DNA of 64,000 nucleotides from Dehalococcoidia bacterium (GTDB lineage: Bacteria > Chloroflexota > Dehalococcoidia > Lucifugimonadales > UBA2985), in the NCBI GenBank assembly GCA_965221925.1, contig OZ244924.1, forward strand, positions 169,609 to 233,608. The letters run 5' to 3'. This document shows positions 10,400-18,394 of this stretch, in pieces (the stretch's first letter is position 1; the number at the start of each line of letters is the position of its first letter). The notes under the pieces are model-generated. The model did not search any database. It was not told the origin of the DNA and was given only the letters and a program-made list of their open reading frames with translations. A program made the position numbers and the translations under genes.

Positions 10400-12594
10400 T
10401 CGCCAGTCTGAAGGGTCGGGTTCAGCTCAGACGCATCTCCACTCAGCTGTACGTTGGGATTGGTGGCGCGGTTGCCCTCACCGTAGCCGCCAGCTTGGTG
10501 GGCTGGTTTTCCTTCAGCAGCGTAGCGGAGGTCCAGAGCCGCGTAAACGAAGGCAGCGTCCCAGAGATGGGGGCTGCTTTCGGGATCGCTCAGCACAGCA
10601 GCGCCCTGGTGGCCGCCGCGCCGCGGCTGACGTCCGCTACCACGGACGAAGACCTTGCCGGCATTGCCGCAAGTATTGACGCAACGTACAGAGCATTTGA
10701 AGAAGAGGTTGCCTCCCTGGAGCAAAGAGGCGCAGGAGAGGAACGAGTCCGGCGTATCCGCGCTCATGCTGACGCGCTGCTTCTCAACATAGAGGAGATA
10801 AAGGGTTCCATGCTTGATCTCCTTGAACTGGCCCAGCGCCGAGAGACTCTGAATACAGAATTGACGGATATGAACAACCACTTGGAAGACATTGTGACCC
10901 AGGCGGTAGATGACCAGTTCTTCTATACAATCACGGGCTACCGCCAGCTTGGCGAGCCTCCCACAAGCCGCGAGGAGCATTTCTCAGAGAGAGAGCTGCA
11001 CCACTATCGTCATATGGCGGAGCTGCAGGCGGACGCCAACGTTGCATCGCAGATTCTGGCCAGCGCCTTCAGCCTGGCTGACGCTCCTCTGATAGAGCCG
11101 CTCAGGGAGCGATTTGAGGCCGCCAAGAGACGCATTGACCAGAGCCTGGCCGTCCTTGAGGATTTTCCACTCCATGAGGAGCTGACACATATATTCACGG
11201 ATCTGTTTGCTTTGGGAATAGGGATGGAGGACGGGTTCGACCTGCGCGCTAAGGAGTTTGCGCTCCTTAGTCGTCAACAAGAGCTGCTCGCTCTGAATCG
11301 GGACATCGCCGTCAACCTTGTGGGTGAAGTCGACGGCCAGGTTGAAGCGGCCAATGCCAGCGTCCAGGAGGCCACCCAGGCTTCCGCTCAGGCGATTCAG
11401 ACGGGTCGAACCCTGCTGCTGGGCATCAGCGCTATCAGCGTCGGCGGCGCTCTACTCTTAGCGTGGCTCTACGTCCGACCCATCCTGCTGCGCCGCCTCC
11501 AGATGCTGTCCGACTGGATGCGCCGTATGGCCGGAGGTGACCTGGAAGCCAGAGTTGACGTTGGAGGGAAGGACGAGGTTGCCGATATGGCCGCAGCCCT
11601 GGAGGTGTTCCGCCTGCACGCCCTTGAGATACAGCGATTGAACCTGGTGGAGCGGCTGGCAGAGGAGCTGCAAGGCAAGAACGATGAGCTGGAAAGCGTA
11701 CTGGTAGACCTGCGCAGGGCACAGGACCAGATAGTAATGAGCCAGAAGCTGGCCGCGCTTGGTGAGCTCACCGCAGGCGTTGCCCATGAGATCAGGAACC
11801 CTCTGAACTTCGTCAACAACTTCTCCGAGGTCTCAGGGGAGCTCCTGGAGGAGTTGAAGGAGATCCTGGAAGGGGACGGTGAGTTGGGAACGGAGCAGAG
11901 GGACCTCATTCAGGACATCTCCCAGGATCTCACCAGCAACCTGGAGCGCATTCGCAGCCACGGCCAACGCGCCAACCGGATTGTTCAGGATATGCTCATG
12001 ATGGGCAGGGGCTCCAGTGAGCGCCATCCCACAAACGTAAATGACCTGCTCAGTGAATACGCCAATCTGGCCTTCCACAGCGCGCGAGCGACCGATACGG
12101 AATTCCAGCTTACTCTGCTGCATGATCTGGACTCCGATATGGTCGAGATTGAAGCTATCCCGCAGGACTTGGGCCGCGTCTTCCTGAACATGGTAGGCAA
12201 CTCCTGCCACGCGACAGACAAGAAGCGCCGCGCCGGCCTGGAGCCAGGCTATATGCCTACTGTAACGCTTGCCACAAGACGCAAGGAGGAACAGGTGGAG
12301 GTCCGTATCAGAGACAACGGAGACGGCATTTCACCTGACATTATCGATAAGATTTTCAACCCGTTCTTCACAACCAAGCCTACCGACCAGGGAACGGGGC
12401 TTGGCCTTGCTATATGCAGTGACATCGTCCGCCAGCACGGCGGCGCAATCAGTGTTGACTCGGAACCCGGGCAGTTCACCGAGATGATTATCGAGTTGCC
12501 CGTAGTGATACCTGCGACGGCGTCGGAAGACGAGGGGGATAAAGAAGACGAACCGGCCGCCCAGGATGAGGACGACTCCCAAGAGCAAGACTAG
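10396..12594 (+). CDS. sensor histidine kinase (2 TM sensor domain, HAMP, HisKA, HATPase_c)
   Basis: The GTG start overlaps the upstream stop (GTGA). It has an H-box GVAHEIRNPLNF, G1 IRDNGDGI and G2 GTGLGLAICSDIVRQHGG. A HAMP-like segment lies after the second TM helix, and the tail is acidic. Confidence 0.9.
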   Translation: MIASLKGRVQLRRISTQLYVGIGGAVALTVAASLVGWFSFSSVAEVQSRVNEGSVPEMGAAFGIAQHSSALVAAAPRLTSATTDEDLAGIAASIDATYRAFEEEVASLEQRGAGEERVRRIRAHADALLLNIEEIKGSMLDLLELAQRRETLNTELTDMNNHLEDIVTQAVDDQFFYTITGYRQLGEPPTSREEHFSERELHHYRHMAELQADANVASQILASAFSLADAPLIEPLRERFEAAKRRIDQSLAVLEDFPLHEELTHIFTDLFALGIGMEDGFDLRAKEFALLSRQQELLALNRDIAVNLVGEVDGQVEAANASVQEATQASAQAIQTGRTLLLGISAISVGGALLLAWLYVRPILLRRLQMLSDWMRRMAGGDLEARVDVGGKDEVADMAAALEVFRLHALEIQRLNLVERLAEELQGKNDELESVLVDLRRAQDQIVMSQKLAALGELTAGVAHEIRNPLNFVNNFSEVSGELLEELKEILEGDGELGTEQRDLIQDISQDLTSNLERIRSHGQRANRIVQDMLMMGRGSSERHPTNVNDLLSEYANLAFHSARATDTEFQLTLLHDLDSDMVEIEAIPQDLGRVFLNMVGNSCHATDKKRRAGLEPGYMPTVTLATRRKEEQVEVRIRDNGDGISPDIIDKIFNPFFTTKPTDQGTGLGLAICSDIVRQHGGAISVDSEPGQFTEMIIELPVVIPATASEDEGDKEDEPAAQDEDDSQEQD

Positions 12595-12680
12595 AGCCGA
12601 CCGCGCTGCGGGCAGGCGACTCTGCGGTGTCACCCGGGACGCCCGGCGCTTGATGGGAAGGGAGAGCGCCGGAGGGGCTA

Positions 12681-13394
12681 TTAGTATTCGGTCTCGAAAC
12701 GGCCGACCATCGATCTCGGCTCCTCCAAAAGTTCCCTGGGAACTCTGGCAAAAGAGATAGAGCTGGGCAGGACTATGCCACCTGAGAATACCAGCTTCAT
12801 CGCCGCCTCAACGGAAAGGTCGGTCTCAATAATGTCGTCTTCCGGGACAAAGGCCATGTTTCCGGACGTAGGGTTTGGGACCGTCGGAATGTATACAACC
12901 ACCATAGTCCAATCCCTGGACTGGGAGTACACGCGGCCAGTCACAAAGCCCATGGCAATCATACCCTCCCTGGGCCATTCCACGAAGACAACCCTGCTGA
13001 AGTTATACTGGGAGGTGATGGCGGATGTCGCCTGCTGGGTAACTCCGAAGATGGTCTTGACCACCGGTGTATGGCTCAAAACCGTATTGATGACGTCCAT
13101 CACCCGTCGCCCACCCGGGATGGCAACCAATACCCCCATAAGATAGAAAATGAGGAAAAACACGATTATCCCGATACCGGTGAAGTCCCAGGGCTGGCCG
13201 GATACGAAGAATAGCGGTCTTATAAGGCTGTCGGCATGGCCAACAAAAAAGAGGATGACAATTAATGTTGCAAGCAGTGGGACCAAGCCTATGAGTCCCG
13301 CTAACGTTCTGTTCTGTATGTGGCGGTCCAACCGCCTCAGAGGGCCGGGGTTTTTGTTCTCCGAGTCGGGGTTCAACTTGTCCGGTGTATCCAA
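12681..13394 (-). CDS. DUF502-family membrane protein
   Basis: A 237-aa ORF with two N-terminal TM helices. These are followed by ...VVFVEWPREGMIAMGFVTG...VYIPTVPNPTSGNMAFVP..., the conserved core I associate with DUF502. Confidence 0.7.
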   Translation of the reverse strand: MDTPDKLNPDSENKNPGPLRRLDRHIQNRTLAGLIGLVPLLATLIVILFFVGHADSLIRPLFFVSGQPWDFTGIGIIVFFLIFYLMGVLVAIPGGRRVMDVINTVLSHTPVVKTIFGVTQQATSAITSQYNFSRVVFVEWPREGMIAMGFVTGRVYSQSRDWTMVVVYIPTVPNPTSGNMAFVPEDDIIETDLSVEAAMKLVFSGGIVLPSSISFARVPRELLEEPRSMVGRFETEY

Positions 13395-13656
13395 CTTTCA
13401 CACTCCTCCGGACGGCGCTTCTGCGCCCGTCCTATAGACGGCCGGTCTGGCTGATTCGCGGCAGGGGTAACCTGGCGCGCCATGCCAGCCGGCATTGGGC
13501 TGACCAATTTATCCAAAGTCCAGCCCACCTTAATATAGCGAGGTTTACTATAAACGGTCAAGTCAGTTGCCCCGTAATCTATTCATGGGCGTTGACGCGC
13601 CGGCTCCAAAGGAGGCCATCGCCCTGTACCAAAAGTCCTGAGAGATTAAGATAACG

Positions 13657-14358
13657 GTGACCGAATGCTACTTAGAGGCTATAATTGGACATTGCCCCTA
13701 TGGTGAGCAAGAAAGGTCACTCCCACACATAGAGATGAAAGACTTCCTGCTGGATCTTCTGGAGACCGTATCGCTGGCGTTGCTGGTACTCCTTGTCATG
13801 CAGTTCAGCGTGAGAAACTACAGAGTGGAGTTGTCCAGCATGGAGGCAACGCTATTTCCCAAGGACAGGCTGGTGGTGAACAAGCTGGTGTACTCCCACC
13901 TGGATAGCGAGGCCATCGACAGGCTGCTGCCCTTTGTGGACATCTGGAAAGACGGCGGTACGCTGTTCCCCTTTCATCCGCCTGAGCGTTCAGAGATTAT
14001 CGTCTTCCGCTTTCCCAACGACCCCACCCGGGACTTTGTCAAACGGGTTGTTGGACTCCCTGGAGAGACGGTTGCGATGAGGCGCGGGGAGGTTTTCATA
14101 GATGGGGTTGGCCTGGATGAGCCGTATCTGGCAGAGAAAGACCGAGACAACATGGCCCCTATCCTGGTGCCCCCCGATAGCTACTTTGTCCTGGGGGATA
14201 ACCGGAACGGCAGCAGCGACTCCCGGCACTGGGGGCCCGTGCCGCTTGAAAACGTAGTGGGAAAGGTGGCTGTCCGGTACTGGCCTTTCTCCGAGTTCTC
14301 TTTCCTGTCGGGGAATCCGGCTGAGGTGGTGGATGCCGGCTCCATTGAAAATCCCTAG
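13657..14358 (+). CDS. lepB: signal peptidase I
   Basis: Ser box SSMEATL, Lys box KRVVGLPGE and box E GDNRNGSSDSRHWGPVP are all present. The true start may be the ATG at 13735 (MKDFLLDLL..., just before the TM anchor). Confidence 0.9.
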   Translation: MTECYLEAIIGHCPYGEQERSLPHIEMKDFLLDLLETVSLALLVLLVMQFSVRNYRVELSSMEATLFPKDRLVVNKLVYSHLDSEAIDRLLPFVDIWKDGGTLFPFHPPERSEIIVFRFPNDPTRDFVKRVVGLPGETVAMRRGEVFIDGVGLDEPYLAEKDRDNMAPILVPPDSYFVLGDNRNGSSDSRHWGPVPLENVVGKVAVRYWPFSEFSFLSGNPAEVVDAGSIENP

Positions 14359-14388
14359 CCACTGGGATAGAATCGGCCTGCGTTACTT

Positions 14389-14463
14389 GGGCCGTTAGCT
14401 CAGCGGCAGAGCTCCGGACTTTTAATCCGGGAGTCCAGGGTTCGAATCCCTGACGGCCCACCA
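14389..14463 (+). tRNA. tRNA-Lys (anticodon UUU), CCA encoded
   Basis: Hand-folded cloverleaf: acceptor GGGCCGT/ACGGCCC, D stem GCTC/GAGC, anticodon stem CCGGA/TCCGG with loop CTTTTAA. The T stem is CAGGG/CCCTG with loop TTCGAAT. Discriminator A is followed by CCA. Confidence 0.95.
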
Positions 14464-14502
14464 GACTGGGCAAAATCATGGAGCTTCGAGGAGAAAGCGC
14501 TA

Positions 14503-15069
14503 ATGGCATGGGATGACAACCCAACCAAGGATCAGCGATACGCAGCCTTTCTTCGAGGCGTCAACGTCGGCGGTAGGAACAAGTTGCCGATGGCGGATCT
14601 GAGGGACATCTTCACTGCGGCCGGCTGCGCGGCGGTGCAAACCTACATTCAGAGCGGGAACGTCGTGTTCAAGGCAGCCCCAGACTTGGCTGAAAGGGCG
14701 CCTGAGATTGTGGCTCGGGCCATTCGCGAACGGTTTGGCTACGAGACGGCAGTCGTCGTGCGTTCGAGCAAGGAACTGAGGCAAGTTGCGGCCTCAAACC
14801 CCTTCGATACCTCCGGCGACCCGCGGTTTCTCCAAGTGGCGTTTCTGGAGGACGCGCCCAGCGCCGAAGCGGTATCCCGTCTCGACCCGGAGCGTTCGTC
14901 GCCGGACGCGTTTTCGGTGCGAGGGCGCAATGTCTACCTGCATTACCCCAACGGCGTCGCCCGCAGCAAGCTGACGAACGAGTACCTTGCCGCGCAGTTG
15001 CAAACCGCGAGTACCATGCGGAACTGGCGGACCGTCCTCATGCTGCTGGAGATGATCGACGCGCCGTAG
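14503..15069 (+). CDS. DUF1697 domain-containing protein
   Basis: The N-terminus YAAFLRGVNVGGRNKLPMADLR...YIQSGNVVF is the characteristic DUF1697 opening. The ORF is 188 aa. Confidence 0.8.
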   Translation: MAWDDNPTKDQRYAAFLRGVNVGGRNKLPMADLRDIFTAAGCAAVQTYIQSGNVVFKAAPDLAERAPEIVARAIRERFGYETAVVVRSSKELRQVAASNPFDTSGDPRFLQVAFLEDAPSAEAVSRLDPERSSPDAFSVRGRNVYLHYPNGVARSKLTNEYLAAQLQTASTMRNWRTVLMLLEMIDAP

Positions 15070-15230
15070 TGGGCGCAGCTTTCATTACCGACCTCTCTAC
15101 CCATCGACCGCTGCCCCACTGCACAAGCAGGGGAGACGTTCTTGAGGATGCGCCCGACTGCCTTCAGGCCGATGCCGAGGAAGCAGGGACGCAATATCCG
15201 TAACGGCTTGGTCCGTCTTCATGCAAGCGC

Positions 15231-15434
15231 TTGCGGCTACCTTTCTCACCGTCGTATTATTGGGGTGTGTTGCCCAGGAGATTCAGTCGCTACTGGTTTT
15301 GGGTCTCATTCCCCAGCGGGATCATCGCAGCTTTTACCATCTCCTGGTGGGTGGGACTGCTTATGTTCTGGGGCTTATCGATTGCGCCGGGCCTGGCTTA
15401 CTTCATCTACACGCGTTTGATAAGAAAGGGCTAG
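15231..15434 (+). CDS. hypothetical small membrane protein
   Basis: A 67-aa ORF with Trp-rich hydrophobic stretches (GIIAAFTISWWVGLLMFWGLSIAPGLAYFIY). By hand count, third-position G+C is about two thirds. A competing 80-aa ORF exists in another frame (15221..15463). Confidence 0.3.
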   Translation: MRLPFSPSYYWGVLPRRFSRYWFWVSFPSGIIAAFTISWWVGLLMFWGLSIAPGLAYFIYTRLIRKG

Positions 15435-15501
15435 GCTTGCGCCACGTTGGGGCGACCCGGTAGCCCGCCTTGGCCGGGTTGCCCAGGAAGAAGGAGATCC
15501 T

Positions 15502-15729
15502 TTGTCGCACTTTGTAGAAGTCTCCTATAGCGATGAGCAGGGCGCCAGAGGCATGGACCCGGCCCTCATCGACCTGGCCGGCAAGTACTACGGCGGCGTC
15601 TCCGATCGAGGCGTCACCGGCGACAGGCGCAGGTTGGAGTTCCTGTTCCCGCACTTTGAGCAAGCATCGGGGTTCACCGCCGATGTCCGGGCGTACCTCC
15701 CCCATGTGAGCATCGACCGGGTAGCTTGA
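15502..15729 (+). CDS. hypothetical protein
   Basis: A TTG start lies 5 nt after AAGGAG (15491-15496). The 75-aa product has no recognisable motif. Confidence 0.4.
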   Translation: MSHFVEVSYSDEQGARGMDPALIDLAGKYYGGVSDRGVTGDRRRLEFLFPHFEQASGFTADVRAYLPHVSIDRVA

Positions 15730-15786
15730 CCGAAATGCCCAACCAGGATATATACTTGACCGGATGGACGGCATAGGAGGCTGGCG

Positions 15787-16035
15787 TTGAAGGTATCTGT
15801 GCGTTTCTTCGCGTTGTATCGAGAGCGGGCAGGCGTCTCTCAGACCGAAGTGGAGCTGCCGGAAGGCTCTACGCCGGAGGAGTTGTTGAGGCGGCTTCGC
15901 AGCGTGTACAGTTCGCTGCCCCTTTCGGACTCGGTGCTCATTGCGGTAAACTCTGAGTACGCAAGCCCGGGCGCTCCCCTGCGGGAGGGCGATGAGGTGG
16001 CCTTTATACCGCCGGTCAGCGGAGGAGAAACATGA
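15787..16035 (+). CDS. moaD: molybdopterin synthase sulfur-carrier subunit (MoaD/ThiS fold)
   Basis: A TTG start follows GGAGG. The 82-aa beta-grasp-like sequence ends ...FIPPVSGGET, and there is a 4-nt ATGA overlap with moaE. Confidence 0.8.
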   Translation: MKVSVRFFALYRERAGVSQTEVELPEGSTPEELLRRLRSVYSSLPLSDSVLIAVNSEYASPGAPLREGDEVAFIPPVSGGET

Positions 16036-16469
16036 TACACATTGGCCCAGAGCCACTGAACCCACAGGAGGTGACGGACCTTGTACGCAAGAACGGCAAC
16101 GGCGCCGTGGTCACCTTCCTGGGCACAACCCGCGACCTGTTCGAGGGCAGAGATGTCCTGTACCTGGAGTACGAAGCCTACCGGCCCATGGCGGAGAACA
16201 TGCTGCAACAGATAGTCGATGAGGTCCGGGAGAGGTGGGCGATTGAGGACATGTCCATCGCCCACAGGGTGGGCAGAGTGGATATTGGGGAGATCAGCCT
16301 GGTGGTAGCCATAGGCTCGCCGCATCGCAAGGAGGCCCTTGAGGCGTCCGCCTACGCGCTGGACAGGATCAAGGCCATAGCCCCCATCTGGAAGAAAGAG
16401 GTCTTTCAGGGCGGCGAGGTCTGGATTGGCAGCGAGGGCGAGGGGGCTGCCACCGCTTCCGCGCCGTAG
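16032..16469 (+). CDS. moaE: molybdopterin synthase catalytic subunit
   Basis: A 145-aa ORF with the ...GAVVTFLGTTRD...YEAY...HRVG...IAPIWKKE... signature of MoaE. Confidence 0.9.
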   Translation: MIHIGPEPLNPQEVTDLVRKNGNGAVVTFLGTTRDLFEGRDVLYLEYEAYRPMAENMLQQIVDEVRERWAIEDMSIAHRVGRVDIGEISLVVAIGSPHRKEALEASAYALDRIKAIAPIWKKEVFQGGEVWIGSEGEGAATASAP

Positions 16470-16470
16470 C

Positions 16471-17499
16471 CTAGAGCCCCAGAGAGCGGTGTAGAGCCTC
16501 CAGGTCGCCGTGCTCCGACATCAACGCGCGGAACTGCTGCTGCTTCATGGGATGGTCGAAGAGCGCCTTTTCCTGGATTGACTCCAGGGCTGCGGCGGTG
16601 TCCAGTGTGTCCGTCTCAACCTGTATGAGGGGCACCTCTTCTTCGCCAGACTCGTACTTGACGTACTGAATGGGCGAATGTCCGCCGGTGAGCACTATGC
16701 AGCTTGTGGGGGTCCTCAACGCGGCCATCTGAATATCCGGCCTGTCTCCCCGGACGATGACCGCCTTGTTGTCAAATCGCTGAAAGTACAGCACTCCCCA
16801 GTCCAATATCATGCCGCCTATGAGGAAATGCTCCACGAAGTTGTCCTTCTTCTCCTCCCAGTTGAGGAACCTGCCGCCCAGGTGCTGCGCCAGTTGCTCC
16901 ACGCTCATTCCCAGAAGGCGCCTGTCCTCCGGTATGGCGGCGATGACCTTCACACCTTCGGCCTCTATCATGGGAACCAGGTTGCTCTGCGTCTCCCGGA
17001 GCTTGTAACGGGTGACGCCGTTGATGATTACCCCCGCCAGTCCATCCCCAAACAGCTGCTTTGCCCTGAGCGCCTCCTCCGGGCCTGCGCCTGGGTCGTA
17101 GCCTATCACCAAGACGGTCCGAGCGGTCAGCCTCTCCGCAAGCTGCTGTGAGTTGGCCCCCGCCGCGCCCTCCAGCCCGCTCAAGCCCTCCACGATGGTG
17201 ACCTCAGCCCCGCCGCTGACCTGCCCGAACGACTCCAACGCCCGGTCCAGCGCGCTCCTCTGCAATGCTTGGTCCGGGGACACGCCGACGGGCCACTCGG
17301 CGGACGCGTCTCCCTGGGCGCCGGCGGCCTGCCTGAGTGTCTGGCCGTCGGGGTCAGGCTGCGCTCGCTCCGCAGTCGAGGAGAAGGGTTTGAAGAGGGC
17401 CGCCTGCCTGCCATCCTGGGACAGCCTGTGCGCCAGGGTGACGCATACGGCGGTCTTGCCCGCTCGCGGTCGATTCGAAGCTACGTACAGCGTTGTCAT
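16471..17499 (-). CDS. phosphotransacetylase-family (BioD-like N-terminal + DRTGG domain) protein, non-catalytic type
   Basis: The N-terminus has a P-loop-like SNRPRAGKTAVCV. The C-terminal half carries AVIVRGDRPDIQMAALRTPTSCIVLTGG, which is DRTGG-like. No PTA catalytic domain is present. Confidence 0.7.
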   Translation of the reverse strand: MTTLYVASNRPRAGKTAVCVTLAHRLSQDGRQAALFKPFSSTAERAQPDPDGQTLRQAAGAQGDASAEWPVGVSPDQALQRSALDRALESFGQVSGGAEVTIVEGLSGLEGAAGANSQQLAERLTARTVLVIGYDPGAGPEEALRAKQLFGDGLAGVIINGVTRYKLRETQSNLVPMIEAEGVKVIAAIPEDRRLLGMSVEQLAQHLGGRFLNWEEKKDNFVEHFLIGGMILDWGVLYFQRFDNKAVIVRGDRPDIQMAALRTPTSCIVLTGGHSPIQYVKYESGEEEVPLIQVETDTLDTAAALESIQEKALFDHPMKQQQFRALMSEHGDLEALHRSLGL

Positions 17500-17616
17500 A
17501 ATGCGCTACCTATGAACGCGTATCTGTAATGGTAGAATTGGCGTGAATTATAGCACAAAAGCCTCGGCAGTGTATCCATCGGCCCCATACATCAATGTAA
17601 AGCGCGGGCAAACTCA

Positions 17617-17645
17617 TTGACCCCGCAAGTCCCAGGGAATAGAAT
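17617..17645 (+). promoter_or_regulatory. candidate sigma70-type promoter for the SWIM gene
   Basis: TTGACC, a 17-nt spacer, then TAGAAT. AAGGAG lies at about 17672 and the ATG at 17684. Confidence 0.35.
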
Positions 17646-17683
17646 GAAGTCAAATACATCTATTTTCGTCCTAAGGAGCATAA

Positions 17684-17932
17684 ATGTATTCCAGCGTGAT
17701 CGGTAAGATAGAGAAGGCGAAGAGATATGCCGAGGAGAAGGGCCGGGTTACCTTCAGCAGCTTTGTGGTCACCTTCCGTGGAGAGAACGACGACCACAAG
17801 GTGGAGTACAACGATGGCAACCTGACCTGCACCTGCGCGTTCTTTGCCGGTCGCGGATTTTGCAGCCACTCCATGGCCCTCCAGCGAATGCTGGAGGAGA
17901 TGCTCTCCCCCGTAGAAGCGCCGGCGAACTAG
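17684..17932 (+). CDS. SWIM zinc-finger domain protein
   Basis: The CxCx8CxH pattern (C-T-C-AFFAGRGF-C-S-H) sits in an 82-aa ORF with a good RBS. Confidence 0.6.
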   Translation: MYSSVIGKIEKAKRYAEEKGRVTFSSFVVTFRGENDDHKVEYNDGNLTCTCAFFAGRGFCSHSMALQRMLEEMLSPVEAPAN

Positions 17933-17954
17933 CGGGCAGCGGGGGGCGGAGAGG

Positions 17955-18389
17955 TTAGGGAGCAGTTAGATGCGCGCTGGCCGACCGTAGATTTCGGAGA
18001 TGCGCCAATAAAGCGTCCGTACCTTCATCCAGTACGCAGCCCCATATCAGCAACACAGTCCAACCCAACGCACGTAGCTTTGCTTGGTTGATGGTGTCTC
18101 GCTCCACATTGCCGTCCAGCTTACGATTCCAGAAGTCCTGGTTGGAAGCCGGACGAAGCTGTCCCTTGCGGCAGCCATGCCCGTGCCAAAAACAGCCTTG
18201 CACCAACACGGCAGTATTATAGCGGCGGAGTACCAGATCCGGCGTTCCCGGTAATTTGCGGACGTTAAGCCGATAGCGAAAGCCGGAGTTCCACACTGCC
18301 TTGCGGACATACCATTCTGCCGATGTGCCACGATTTCTGACTCGGGACATCAACATGGAGCGACTTTCTTTCGTCAAGAAATCGCTCAT
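17955..18389 (-). CDS. vsr: very short patch repair endonuclease
   Basis: The blocks SRSMLMSRVRNRGTSAEW...FRYRLNVRKLPGTPDLVL...AVLVQGCFWHGHGC match the Vsr family signature (FxHGCFWHxHxC). Confidence 0.9.
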   Translation of the reverse strand: MSDFLTKESRSMLMSRVRNRGTSAEWYVRKAVWNSGFRYRLNVRKLPGTPDLVLRRYNTAVLVQGCFWHGHGCRKGQLRPASNQDFWNRKLDGNVERDTINQAKLRALGWTVLLIWGCVLDEGTDALLAHLRNLRSASAHLTAP

Positions 18390-18394
18390 TGGAA

